From Candidatus Kapaibacterium sp. (GTDB taxonomy: Bacteria > Bacteroidota > Ignavibacteria > Kapaibacteriales > UBA2268), in the NCBI GenBank assembly GCA_963665665.1, contig OY762428.1:5184001-5248000 (forward strand): a DNA stretch of 64,000 bases. The letters run 5' to 3'. Below, in pieces: positions 29,417-39,050 of this stretch (position 1 is its first letter; every line of letters begins with the position of its first letter). The notes under the pieces are model-generated. The model was not told the origin of the DNA, searched no databases, and saw nothing but the letters and a program-made list of their open reading frames with translations. The position numbers and the translations under genes are program-made.

Positions 29417-30568
29417 ATGGAATTTCCAACGAAAAAGGGCCGTATCGACTGGTATATATTTCTGCCGGTTGTAGGCCTGATGCTTTTCAGTATAGCATTC
29501 GTTTACAGCGCCAGCGCTTCTATTGCAAGTATAAAGTTTGGCTCAGCCGAAGGGCTTTTCGTAAAGCACACATTCAGGGTGCTGCTCGGTATAGCTGTTA
29601 TGCTTGCTTTTTCCGTGATTGATTACCATAAGTATAAGAAAATTGCAAAACCGATAATGTATGTGGCTATCGGGCTGCTTATTGTAGTATTGTTCACTAA
29701 CCCTCTGAACAATGTGTCACGCTGGATACAACTCGGGCCTGTCAGTTTTCAGCCATCGGAATTTGCCAAGTTCGGGATGGTTATTTACTTCGCGGCATTG
29801 CTTGAAAAGAAACAGCATATTATTAAAGACTTCAAGGAAGGCTATGTACCATTCCTGATATGGACCGGTATTATCTGCTTTCTGATTGCGCTACAGCCAA
29901 ACTTTTCAACTGCTACGGTAATATTTCTGATAGCAATAGTAATGCTTTTCGTTGGCAATACAAACCTGCTCCATGTTCTCGGTACATTTGGCGCCACAAT
30001 GCTCCTTGCTTTTGTTTACCTGACTTCAACACAAAGCTACAGGCTGAACAGGATTCTTGCATATTTCGGCGACCAGGAGATGCTCAGCAGTGAAAAAAGT
30101 ATAAATTACCAGCTGGACCAGGCCTTGATTGCAATCGGTAACGGAGGCCTGTTCGGAGTCGGCCCGGGGCAGAGCCGCCAGAGTCATTTATATCTTCCGG
30201 AATCTTATGGTGATTTTATTTTTTCAATAATCGGCGAGGAATATGGCCTTTTCGGGCTGACTGTTATCCTGGCTGCTTTTGGATTTATTTTCTGGAGGGG
30301 ACTAAAAATTGCGAAAAATGCACCCGACCTATTCGGTTATATGCTTGCAACAGGTATTATTATTACTTTTGCCCTGTACGTGTTTGTAAATGCCGGGGTT
30401 AATTGCGGTCTTCTGCCAACTACGGGGCTTCCGATGCCCTTTATCAGTTACGGAGGTACTGCAATATTTTTCTATGCCGCAGCAATTGGTATTTTGCTGA
30501 ACATCTCAACACAGGCAGGGGTATATCCTTCGAATAAACAATATAATGATTTGAATCCCGATTATTAA
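29417..30568 (+). CDS. ftsW: Peptidoglycan glycosyltransferase FtsW (SEDS)
   Basis: RWIQLG, FQPSEFAK, DFIFSIIGEEYG and PTTGLPMPFISYGG; directly follows murD. Confidence 0.92.
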   Translation: MEFPTKKGRIDWYIFLPVVGLMLFSIAFVYSASASIASIKFGSAEGLFVKHTFRVLLGIAVMLAFSVIDYHKYKKIAKPIMYVAIGLLIVVLFTNPLNNVSRWIQLGPVSFQPSEFAKFGMVIYFAALLEKKQHIIKDFKEGYVPFLIWTGIICFLIALQPNFSTATVIFLIAIVMLFVGNTNLLHVLGTFGATMLLAFVYLTSTQSYRLNRILAYFGDQEMLSSEKSINYQLDQALIAIGNGGLFGVGPGQSRQSHLYLPESYGDFIFSIIGEEYGLFGLTVILAAFGFIFWRGLKIAKNAPDLFGYMLATGIIITFALYVFVNAGVNCGLLPTTGLPMPFISYGGTAIFFYAAAIGILLNISTQAGVYPSNKQYNDLNPDY

Positions 30569-30628
30569 ATATTCAGATTTTGTTTATATTGCGTCGGGAA
30601 ATAACTAAAATCGAATTAAAGGATAAAT

Positions 30629-31099
30629 ATGAATAAGTTAGATCCGCAGGTCAAAGCAATATGGGCTTTCAGGATTTTTTTAAAATTCTTCTTTATTGGA
30701 TTGATCATTTTATTAGCTGAAATAATATTTGTTCCGTCTCATTGGGATTTTATGCCGCCTTCCGGAGTAATAGGATTATCTATAATAGTTCTTGCTCTTT
30801 TAATGGCATTGATTTGGCCGCCGTTGATGTACAGATTCTGGGCATTTGATATACGGGAACAGGAAATGTATATCGAAAGGGGCGTGATCACAAGAATCCA
30901 CACAACTGCTCCTTATACACGTATTCAGCATTTAGATGTACGCCAGGGGGTATTTGAAAGAATGTTCGGGCTGGCATCGCTGGTCGTTTACACTGCCGGA
31001 ACACGTGGTGCTGATATTGAAATACCCGGACTTCCAAGGTCTTACGCTGAACAGTTAAGAGATAGTTTGAAGAATTATTCACCCGAGGATGCGGTATGA
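30629..31099 (+). CDS. Bacterial PH-domain membrane protein, YdbS-like
   Basis: Two TM helices followed by PYTRIQHLDVRQG...GLASLVVYTAG. Confidence 0.85.
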   Translation: MNKLDPQVKAIWAFRIFLKFFFIGLIILLAEIIFVPSHWDFMPPSGVIGLSIIVLALLMALIWPPLMYRFWAFDIREQEMYIERGVITRIHTTAPYTRIQHLDVRQGVFERMFGLASLVVYTAGTRGADIEIPGLPRSYAEQLRDSLKNYSPEDAV

Positions 31100-32607
31100 C
31101 GGGCTACGATTACAGTCATCCGCGCAGGCTTCATATCAATACCCTGGTTTACAGGCTGATCTCTTCATCGCCCGGCTACCTGATTCCTTTATATTTTGGT
31201 ATTAAGAATCAGGATATGTTTGAGTGGACATTTATAATTATTGCCGGTATCATTGCAATAATGTCTTTGCCGGTAACTATTCTTGCCTATTATTATTTCA
31301 CTTATTATATAAACGACAGGGAACTGATAATTCACTCGGGAATTCTGGCGAAGAACCAAAGAAACATACCGCTCGCAAGGGTGCAAAATGTTGATATCAG
31401 CCAGAACTTCCTGCAAAGAATATTGAAAATTGCCAAAGTTAAAGTTGAAACTGCCGGAGGGTCGGAAACCGAGGGGCTGCTGGAATTTGTTTCTGTTGCC
31501 GATTCGGAAATAATTCGGGATTTACTTAAGAAAAGAGCTAAAGAACAAACAGAATTGAAACAGGATGAAATCACTGATTACAATTTTGAAAGTAACATGG
31601 ACCCGGTTTCTCTACCTTTTGAACAAACTACTCAAAAATTATTATTTTCAATGAGTTATGTTGATCTATTAAAGTACGGAATGCTTACATTTCGTCCGGT
31701 TATGCTCGTATTTATGGCATGGGCTTTCCAAACAGCTCAGCAGTTTGCCTTCCTTCCTGATTTCGATGAAATGGATTCCGAATCAATAGCCGGTTATATT
31801 GAACAATATCCTCTTGAAGAAGCAATATTATATATAGTTATTGCTACTGTTATAATCCTGATTTTATCATGGTTATTTAATATTCTTCTGTCAGTAAACA
31901 AATATTGGAAGTTCAATATCAAACAGGATGATGACAAACTTCTTTCAGAATATGGCCTGCTAAATAAAAGAAAGGGGAGTATCCCTTTAAAAAAACTACA
32001 GATGCTTGTTATCAAAACGAATCCTGTCAGGAACTTCTTTGGTTTCTTCGGGCTGGATATGGAAACTGCCGGTATCGGTGAAAAGAACAAAGGAGCCGAA
32101 ACTGCCGTTCCTTTTGCAGTGAAAGAAAAAGTCTTTCCACTGGCTGAACTGCTTACAAATGCCATTATTCCTGATGATTTTATTCCTGTTTCAAGGAAAA
32201 CTATCAGAAGAGCATTCATTCGTTACAGCCTTTGGGTGATAATTATCAGTTTTGCTGCTTTTTGGTTTTATACATGGGCTATTACTCTATTGGGCTTGCT
32301 GCCACTTGTATATTATTTTGCTTACATACGCTGGAAATACAGGGGGTACAGGTTTAGTGAAGATTTTATTTATATAAAGCAGGGTTTCTTATCCAGAAGG
32401 ATTTCAGTTGTTCCAATTAAAAAAATCCAGACCCTGAATATATTCAGGACATTTTTCCAGCGCAGGCTGGGGCTTTCCACACTTCATATCGACACAGCGG
32501 CAACTTCATTGACCGGTGATGCTACAATTATTGATATCGATTCGGATGATGCCGTTATTATGATGGAAGACATTAACTCCAGGTTCAAGCAGAAACAGGC
32601 TTTATAA
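31096..32607 (+). CDS. Bacterial PH-domain membrane protein, YdbT-like (three bPH_2 domains)
   Basis: IPLARVQNVDI...ETAG, IPLKKLQ...ETAG and VPIKKIQ...DTAA; ATGA overlap with the YdbS-like gene. Confidence 0.85.
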   Translation: MTGYDYSHPRRLHINTLVYRLISSSPGYLIPLYFGIKNQDMFEWTFIIIAGIIAIMSLPVTILAYYYFTYYINDRELIIHSGILAKNQRNIPLARVQNVDISQNFLQRILKIAKVKVETAGGSETEGLLEFVSVADSEIIRDLLKKRAKEQTELKQDEITDYNFESNMDPVSLPFEQTTQKLLFSMSYVDLLKYGMLTFRPVMLVFMAWAFQTAQQFAFLPDFDEMDSESIAGYIEQYPLEEAILYIVIATVIILILSWLFNILLSVNKYWKFNIKQDDDKLLSEYGLLNKRKGSIPLKKLQMLVIKTNPVRNFFGFFGLDMETAGIGEKNKGAETAVPFAVKEKVFPLAELLTNAIIPDDFIPVSRKTIRRAFIRYSLWVIIISFAAFWFYTWAITLLGLLPLVYYFAYIRWKYRGYRFSEDFIYIKQGFLSRRISVVPIKKIQTLNIFRTFFQRRLGLSTLHIDTAATSLTGDATIIDIDSDDAVIMMEDINSRFKQKQAL

Positions 32608-32690
32608 TTTTGTGTCAGATTTTTTTCTTTTCTAAAAAAAATCTATCTTTGACAATATTATTAAATCAATTATGATTACCGAGGTAAAAA

Positions 32691-33530
32691 ATGGCTTGGT
32701 TTTTAAGATCGAAACAAAAAATTGAAACTGAAGAATCCAAAAATATGCCTGATGGCTTATGGACAAAATGTCCTTCATGCAGCGAGGTTATATATAAAAA
32801 AGAACTTGAGGAAAACCTTTTTACCTGTCCGAAATGTGATTACCATTTCAGGATAAGTTCTTTGGATTATATAGACATACTTCTGGACGAAGATAGTTTC
32901 GAGGAAACAAATATTAATATAAAATCTTCTGATCCTCTTGAATTTCATGATACTAAACCTTATCCGCAGAGAATAGAAGAAGGTTCAAAAAAGTCAGGAA
33001 TGAATGATGCCCTGACTACAGGAACTGCAAAAATTAACGGAAAAGATGTATCGTTTGCCATCATGAATTTTAACTTCATTGGGGGCAGTATGGGGGCAGT
33101 TGTTGGAGAAAAATTTTACAGGGCGGCTAAATATGCTCTTGATAAGAACATTCCTTTTATAATGGTTAGTGCCTCGGGAGGGGCTAGGATGCAGGAAGCG
33201 GCTCTTTCCCTGATGCAGATGGCAAAAACATCAGCAATCCTTTCGGAACTGGATGAAAACGGAGTGCCATATATATCACTTCTGACTGATCCTACCACCG
33301 GAGGCGTAAGTGCTTCATTCGGTATGCTTGGAGACCTGAACATAGCCGAACCAGGGGCGTTGATTGGTTTTGCGGGCCCGAGAGTAATCGAGCAGACTAT
33401 TCGCAGGAAGTTACCAAAGGGATTTCAAAGAGCAGAAGGAGTTCTGAAAAACGGTTTCCTTGATTTTATTACCCATAGGAAAGAATTAAAGGAAAAATTA
33501 GCTACCGTTTTGAAATGGTATGGATATTAG
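32691..33530 (+). CDS. accD: Acetyl-CoA carboxylase carboxyltransferase beta subunit
   Basis: LWTKCPSC...CPKC zinc finger, FIGGSMG, SGGARMQE, PTTGGVSAS and IGFAGPRVIEQT. Confidence 0.97.
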   Translation: MAWFLRSKQKIETEESKNMPDGLWTKCPSCSEVIYKKELEENLFTCPKCDYHFRISSLDYIDILLDEDSFEETNINIKSSDPLEFHDTKPYPQRIEEGSKKSGMNDALTTGTAKINGKDVSFAIMNFNFIGGSMGAVVGEKFYRAAKYALDKNIPFIMVSASGGARMQEAALSLMQMAKTSAILSELDENGVPYISLLTDPTTGGVSASFGMLGDLNIAEPGALIGFAGPRVIEQTIRRKLPKGFQRAEGVLKNGFLDFITHRKELKEKLATVLKWYGY

Positions 33531-33551
33531 AATTATTATAAAATAGTTGAT

Positions 33552-33590
33552 TATGTCCAATGTTCAGTTCGAATATTGGACATATTTTTT
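33552..33590 (+). terminator. Intrinsic terminator after accD
   Basis: TATGTCCAATGTTC-AGTTC-GAATATTGGACATA followed by a T-tract. Confidence 0.7.
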
Positions 33591-33704
33591 TAATTATTGA
33601 TAAAAATCAAACTTGTTTAATACTCAAATCGTTTATATTTTAAATAATCCCGGTTCAGAATATACTGAATTGGCCGATATTATTAGTGGATTGGTACGTG
33701 ATAT

Positions 33705-35321
33705 ATGAAAAGTAACAAATATATATTATTTATTTTGCTGGGGATATTATCATATTCCTGCTCTTCTGTTCCTGAAGAATCAGATTCAATGAGAAGGCTG
33801 CTAAAAGCAGAATTTTCCAGAATGAATTATATCGACACGAATGATATAGAAGATAAGGTTCGGGGCTTTGTTATCAAAGGTTCCGAATATCAGCAGCAAT
33901 GGGAATACGCAGAGGCTGCTATTGAGTTTCAGGAAGCTTTAAGGTATGATTCTTCAGCAACGATTCATTATGCCCTTGCCCGATGCTATAAAGAACTCGA
34001 AAAATATCATCTTGCTGTTGAGCAAATAAATTTTGCATTGGAAAGGGAACCAGAATTTGTACCTGCACTCGAACTTCTTGCAGAAATATATATCAGTACA
34101 TCTGAACTTAACAATGCGATAGCTGTATACAAAAGGCTTTCTGAAGTAAGTAACAATACTGAGTTTTTAAAAACTCTTGCCAGGCTTTACGAATTTGATG
34201 ACCGGGATAAAGCAATTGAAATATACGAGCAGTTACTTGAAAAGGGAGAATATCCAAACATCTTGAACAGGCTTTCGGGATTGTACAGGCAGGCCGGAAA
34301 ATATAATGAATATCTTGAAGTAAATAATAAATTATTTGATTATAATCCAAATGCCCGTAGTGCTGTTAATATTGTTGACGGCTACGTAAATGAAAAAGAT
34401 TATGAAATGGCGATAAATTTTCTTGAAAAAGTTGATAATTCTCTTCCATCAACAGAATTGCCCGTTATCTACTCTGCCATAGCTAATGCTTTGTACAGTG
34501 ATAATAATGTTGATACGAACTTGATCAAATCGTTTCTGTCAAAATTAGACAATAGATTTTATTTCGAATGGCGAATAATGATCATGGGGGGATTTCTTTG
34601 TCATAAGATAGATGAAGACGACAAACGAGATGAGTATTTCGACAGGGCAATATCTGTTTCGGACAGTGTTTCGGATATTCCATTTCAGATTGGCTTGTTT
34701 TACTTCCAGAACAAAGAATATTTACCTTCACTTGAGATTTTTCAAACAAATGAGAAAAATTTTCCCGATGACATTAGATATCCTCTACTTCAGGGAATCG
34801 TGCTTTCGCAAATGGGAAAAAATGAAAGGGCCATTGTACCACTAACCCGGGCCTTGGTAAAAGAACCTGAGAATGTTGAAATATTGTCGCAAATAGGAAT
34901 TATTTATGACCAACTGAAAAATTTTGATTCTTCAAGGGTATACTATCAAAAAGCTCTAATTGAAGCCCCCGGAGATCCACTTATAAATAATAATCTGGCA
35001 TATAATATGGCTGTTGCCGGGGAAAATCTTGAAAAGGCACTTAGAATGAGTAAACTTGCGATTACATCAGAGCCCGAAAATTCTGCATACATGGATACTT
35101 TTGGCTGGATAAATTATAAAATGGGAAAATATCATATAGCCCTGGAATACGTTTTGAAAGCTGTAAACAGCGGCGATGCAGGGGCAGAAGTATATGAACA
35201 TCTGATCGAAATTTATATTAAATTGGACAGGAAGGAAGATGCCTTAAAAACAATAGAAAAAGCGGCACGAATTTTTCCTGATAATAATATTTTTAAGAAA
35301 GAAAAATTCTTAATTAAATAA
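33705..35321 (+). CDS. TPR-repeat lipoprotein
   Basis: Lipobox SYSC; multiple TPRs; NNLAYNMA...AYMDTFGWINYKMG. Confidence 0.88.
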   Translation: MKSNKYILFILLGILSYSCSSVPEESDSMRRLLKAEFSRMNYIDTNDIEDKVRGFVIKGSEYQQQWEYAEAAIEFQEALRYDSSATIHYALARCYKELEKYHLAVEQINFALEREPEFVPALELLAEIYISTSELNNAIAVYKRLSEVSNNTEFLKTLARLYEFDDRDKAIEIYEQLLEKGEYPNILNRLSGLYRQAGKYNEYLEVNNKLFDYNPNARSAVNIVDGYVNEKDYEMAINFLEKVDNSLPSTELPVIYSAIANALYSDNNVDTNLIKSFLSKLDNRFYFEWRIMIMGGFLCHKIDEDDKRDEYFDRAISVSDSVSDIPFQIGLFYFQNKEYLPSLEIFQTNEKNFPDDIRYPLLQGIVLSQMGKNERAIVPLTRALVKEPENVEILSQIGIIYDQLKNFDSSRVYYQKALIEAPGDPLINNNLAYNMAVAGENLEKALRMSKLAITSEPENSAYMDTFGWINYKMGKYHIALEYVLKAVNSGDAGAEVYEHLIEIYIKLDRKEDALKTIEKAARIFPDNNIFKKEKFLIK

Positions 35322-35330
35322 AGGTTAAAC

Positions 35331-36185
35331 ATGTTTGTAATTATTGGTACTGTTATCGTTTTTGCCAGCCTTATTATCGGTTATACCATGCACCATGGTA
35401 ATCTTGCCGTTCTGATGCAGGTGAACGAGTTTATCATTATCGGCGGTGCTGCAATCGGATCGCTGTTAATTGCCAATCCAATGCATATAATCAAAAAAGT
35501 TATTGCAGGGCTGATCGGTACTTTGAAAGGTCCAAGTGTTAATAAAAAGGCATATATTGAGCTTATGCAGATGATGTATGAGTTATTTCAGTTTGCCAAA
35601 AGAGAGGGTTTGATAGCTCTTGAATCTCATGTTGAGGATCCTCCAAGTAGTCCGATAATTTCAAAATATCCGACTTTCCTTTCAAATCATCACGGAGTGG
35701 AATTTCTTTGCGATACACTGAAGATCGTTCTTTCAGGTGGCGTACCTGCACATGACCTGGAAGAATTAATGGATATTGATATTGAAGTTCTTCACGAAAC
35801 CGAAGCAATTCCGCCGGCAGCTATGACAACAGTTGCGGATGCTTTTCCCGGCCTTGGTATCGTGGCCGCCGTGCTTGGTATTATCATCACGATGGGCCAT
35901 ATCAACGAGGGTGCTGAAGCTGTGGGAGCCAGTGTGGCTGCCGCTCTTGTGGGAACTTTCTTTGGTGTGCTGATGTCATACGGCGTTATCGGGCCTATAG
36001 CAAAAAATATGGAAAACAATATGGTTACCGAAGCAAAATATATTATGGCAATTAAGTCTGCCTTGCTTTCTTTTGCAAAAGGTGCCCCGGCAGCTGTAGC
36101 TATTGAATACGGCAGAAGGTCAATTGATCCTGAAAACAGGCCAAGCTTCTCTGAAACAGAAGAAGCTCTTAAAGCAACTAAATAA
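35331..36185 (+). CDS. motA: Flagellar-type motor stator protein MotA
   Basis: EFIIIGGAAIG, KREGLIALE, DAFPGLGIVAAVLG, AALVGTFFG and EYGRR. Confidence 0.93.
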   Translation: MFVIIGTVIVFASLIIGYTMHHGNLAVLMQVNEFIIIGGAAIGSLLIANPMHIIKKVIAGLIGTLKGPSVNKKAYIELMQMMYELFQFAKREGLIALESHVEDPPSSPIISKYPTFLSNHHGVEFLCDTLKIVLSGGVPAHDLEELMDIDIEVLHETEAIPPAAMTTVADAFPGLGIVAAVLGIIITMGHINEGAEAVGASVAAALVGTFFGVLMSYGVIGPIAKNMENNMVTEAKYIMAIKSALLSFAKGAPAAVAIEYGRRSIDPENRPSFSETEEALKATK

Positions 36186-36198
36186 TTAGAGGTTCATT

Positions 36199-37128
36199 AT
36201 GGCTGAAGATCAAAATAGCGGTCAGCAAAAAAAAGAAGAACCGATTATAATAAAGAAAAAGAAGGGCCATGGCGGCCACGGGCATCACGGTGGAGCCTGG
36301 AAAGTTGCTTATGCTGACTTTGTGACGGCCATGATGGCGTTTTTCATTGTAATGTGGATTCTTGCTTCCAGTCAGGAAACAAGGGATTCAATCGACCAGT
36401 ATTTTAACCATCCCGAACAGTTTGACTTTTTTTCAGGTAAGCCACTTGTGGTGGATCTGAACCTGAAACCTACCGGTTCCGGCAAAGGTGATAAAGAAGG
36501 AGATAAGGATGGAACTCAGCCATTCCAGATTTCTTTCGATCAGGAAACGGTTGATTCCGTTGTTGCAAAATTGCAGCAGCAGGCAAGAGCAGACAGCGCT
36601 GCCGCCGCCGACAGAGTTGATAAGATCAGGCAAACCCTTGAAGAATATATTGATGAGATGGTTATCAGCAAGCCCGATCTGGAAGAACTGCTTAATTCTA
36701 TAAAATTTGAATATACCGATGAAGGGCTTAGGGTTGAGCTTATCGAATCTTCTGAATCAATGTTCTTCGAAGTTGGCAGTGCTACCCTGAAACCTAAGGC
36801 TGTTGAAATACTCCGTAAGCTTTCGGGTGAAATTGGTAAACTACTCAATGATGTTGAAATTGAAGGCCACACTGACAGCAGGCAATATGCTTCCTCATCC
36901 GGATATACCAACTTCGAGCTTTCATCCGACAGGGCAAATGCTGCCAGGAGAGTCCTTGAACAAACAGGACTTTGGGAAGGCCAGATAAAAATGGTTACAG
37001 GCTATGCCGACAGAAAGCTACGAAATCCTGATAATCCTTTTGATGTTTCTAACAGGAGGGTTAGCATTCTTGTAAGACATTTCAAATCAGATGATCTATT
37101 GCCAACAACAGGCGAGGAAGAGAAATGA
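36199..37128 (+). CDS. motB: Flagellar-type motor stator protein MotB
   Basis: GGAWKVAYADFVTAMMAFF (catalytic Asp, H+-type); OmpA-like domain IEGHTD...NFELSSDRA...NRRV. Confidence 0.93.
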   Translation: MAEDQNSGQQKKEEPIIIKKKKGHGGHGHHGGAWKVAYADFVTAMMAFFIVMWILASSQETRDSIDQYFNHPEQFDFFSGKPLVVDLNLKPTGSGKGDKEGDKDGTQPFQISFDQETVDSVVAKLQQQARADSAAAADRVDKIRQTLEEYIDEMVISKPDLEELLNSIKFEYTDEGLRVELIESSESMFFEVGSATLKPKAVEILRKLSGEIGKLLNDVEIEGHTDSRQYASSSGYTNFELSSDRANAARRVLEQTGLWEGQIKMVTGYADRKLRNPDNPFDVSNRRVSILVRHFKSDDLLPTTGEEEK

Positions 37129-38330
37129 GAAACACTATCCTTATAGTCGATGATGAAAAAGCTTCATTGCTGGCTCTGAAAAGAAATATTAATAAGGCCT
37201 TCAATGAACTTGATATTATAATTGCATCCGACGGCCTGGAAGCCTGGAATTTAATCAAAGATAACCGTCCGGATATCCTGCTTACTGACGTGGTTATGCC
37301 AAAACTTGATGGTATAAGGCTGCTGGAGAAGATACGTTCTTCAGAACAGTATAACAATCTATATATTATTATAATGACCGGACAGGTTGACCACAATCGT
37401 AGTATTGAAGCTCTTGACAAAGGAGCCGATGATTTTCTTTCCAAACCGGTTAATAACGATGAACTTATCGCGAGAATAAAATCGGCATTAAGATTTGCGC
37501 AGCTACAGAACAGGCTTATTGACGAAAATAGCCTGCTGATGCAGCTTGCTTCGGAATTGGAAAGAGATATTGATGATATGACCAAACTTGCTGTTAAATT
37601 TCTTCAGGCAAGAATACCACAATCATACGATACACTGCGTCGAGTTGCAGCAGCTTCAGTCTGGATTGCCAGGCAATTAGACGAATTGGATGATGATGAA
37701 ATAAAAGATATTGAAATAGCTGCTTTTCTTTGTCAGGCTGGAAAAGTTGTTTTACCTGATGAATTAATTAACAAGCCGGTTGTTTACGACGGGCAGGCTA
37801 CTGACAAAATTATGTATCAGGTGCCTGTAACGGCAAGGGATATTGTTGGTTCCGTTCGAAGATTCAAAGATGTGTCCGACATGCTTTACAGTATGTACGA
37901 GAATTTTGACGGAAGCGGATTTCCTGAAAAGAGGCAAAGCTGGCAAATTCCCATTGGAGCCCGCATTATTCGTGTGGCTCTGGATTATGAAATTTTCAGG
38001 GATTATTCCGGCATGACTGCCAGAAAAAGTGTGAATGCCATAAAAACTGCTGCCAAAAGATTTTATGACCACAGGGTGGTTCTTCTGTTAGAACACTATG
38101 TAAGAAGTATTTTGAAAGAAGACTATGACCCTGACGAGATGGCTGTTCGCTTGTCAAAACTTGTTCCAGGTATGCTTCTGACAAGAGATATCATAACTAA
38201 TTCGGGATTGAAATTAATGCCCTCTGGTGCCGTCCTGAAGGAAAGAACAATAAACCAGTTAATAAACATTAATACATCCGATCCTATTCTCGGAAATATT
38301 TACGTTAAGAAAAGATTATCATCAGGCTAA
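37125..38330 (+). CDS. Response regulator: REC + degenerate HD-GYP domain
   Basis: REC intact (VDDE, LTDVVMPKLDG, KP). HD-GYP-like ENFDGSGFP and IPIGARII are present, but the HD position reads CQ and HHE reads MYE. Confidence 0.85.
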   Translation: MRNTILIVDDEKASLLALKRNINKAFNELDIIIASDGLEAWNLIKDNRPDILLTDVVMPKLDGIRLLEKIRSSEQYNNLYIIIMTGQVDHNRSIEALDKGADDFLSKPVNNDELIARIKSALRFAQLQNRLIDENSLLMQLASELERDIDDMTKLAVKFLQARIPQSYDTLRRVAAASVWIARQLDELDDDEIKDIEIAAFLCQAGKVVLPDELINKPVVYDGQATDKIMYQVPVTARDIVGSVRRFKDVSDMLYSMYENFDGSGFPEKRQSWQIPIGARIIRVALDYEIFRDYSGMTARKSVNAIKTAAKRFYDHRVVLLLEHYVRSILKEDYDPDEMAVRLSKLVPGMLLTRDIITNSGLKLMPSGAVLKERTINQLININTSDPILGNIYVKKRLSSG

Positions 38331-39050
38331 TCCGATAAATGCAGACATACGTCCCGATTTATCACCATCCCTTCGGTAGGAGTGGTAATCTCTGTTTTCT
38401 ATTGTACAAACATTCGAAATCTCAATATTAGATTCCTTTATTCCTGATTTGACAAGCTGCCTTTCAATTTCTTTTCGGATATCAAGCAGATACTTTCCGT
38501 TGGTTTTTGCTTTTATACCAATTGAAAACAATTCTGCTACTTCACTTCCAACTTCATAATTATCTCCTGAAGCACATGCTGATAAATATACCTGCATGTT
38601 TTCTGGTGTGGAATCATATTCTTTTTCCATCATAGAAATTCCTTTCGCAGCAATATTCAGGCTTGTTCCGCGCCAGCCTGAGTGCAGCGCTGCAATTACC
38701 TTTAACACCGGATCATGAATCAATATAGCACAGCAGTCGGCAATTGTTACATTAAGAATCAGCCCCGGAATATTTGTAATCATTCCGTCGGATTCTTCTT
38801 CAATCGAATCCCTACTTATGATTCGAATTAAATTCTTGTGAACCTGCCTTTGGAATTTTAATCTGTCCAATTTACTATTCAGGTTTTCTGCCAGAATTCT
38901 ACGGTGTTGGATAACTTCTTCATTAGCCAGTATTTTTCCCGGGAATATCGAAAAACCCTTACCATGAAATATTTCAAAATTAGATTTTGTTACTCCCGAT
39001 ATTATTTCGTCGTTGTTAAATATTGTTGGTTTATTAATTTCAATTTTCAT
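38322..39050 (-). CDS. pgeF: PgeF/YfiH (purine nucleoside phosphorylase / laccase-domain) protein
   Basis: QVH, DGMIT, ADC, HSGWRG, CT and SYRR...GRM. Start set at ATG 39050. Confidence 0.9.
   Translation of the reverse strand: MKIEINKPTIFNNDEIISGVTKSNFEIFHGKGFSIFPGKILANEEVIQHRRILAENLNSKLDRLKFQRQVHKNLIRIISRDSIEEESDGMITNIPGLILNVTIADCCAILIHDPVLKVIAALHSGWRGTSLNIAAKGISMMEKEYDSTPENMQVYLSACASGDNYEVGSEVAELFSIGIKAKTNGKYLLDIRKEIERQLVKSGIKESNIEISNVCTIENRDYHSYRRDGDKSGRMSAFIGLA

Noticed and set aside
35331-37128. Zorya (ZorAB) anti-phage system
   Set aside because: MotA lacks the long ZorA tail, the motifs are canonical flagellar-type, and no ZorC/D/E genes are adjacent.
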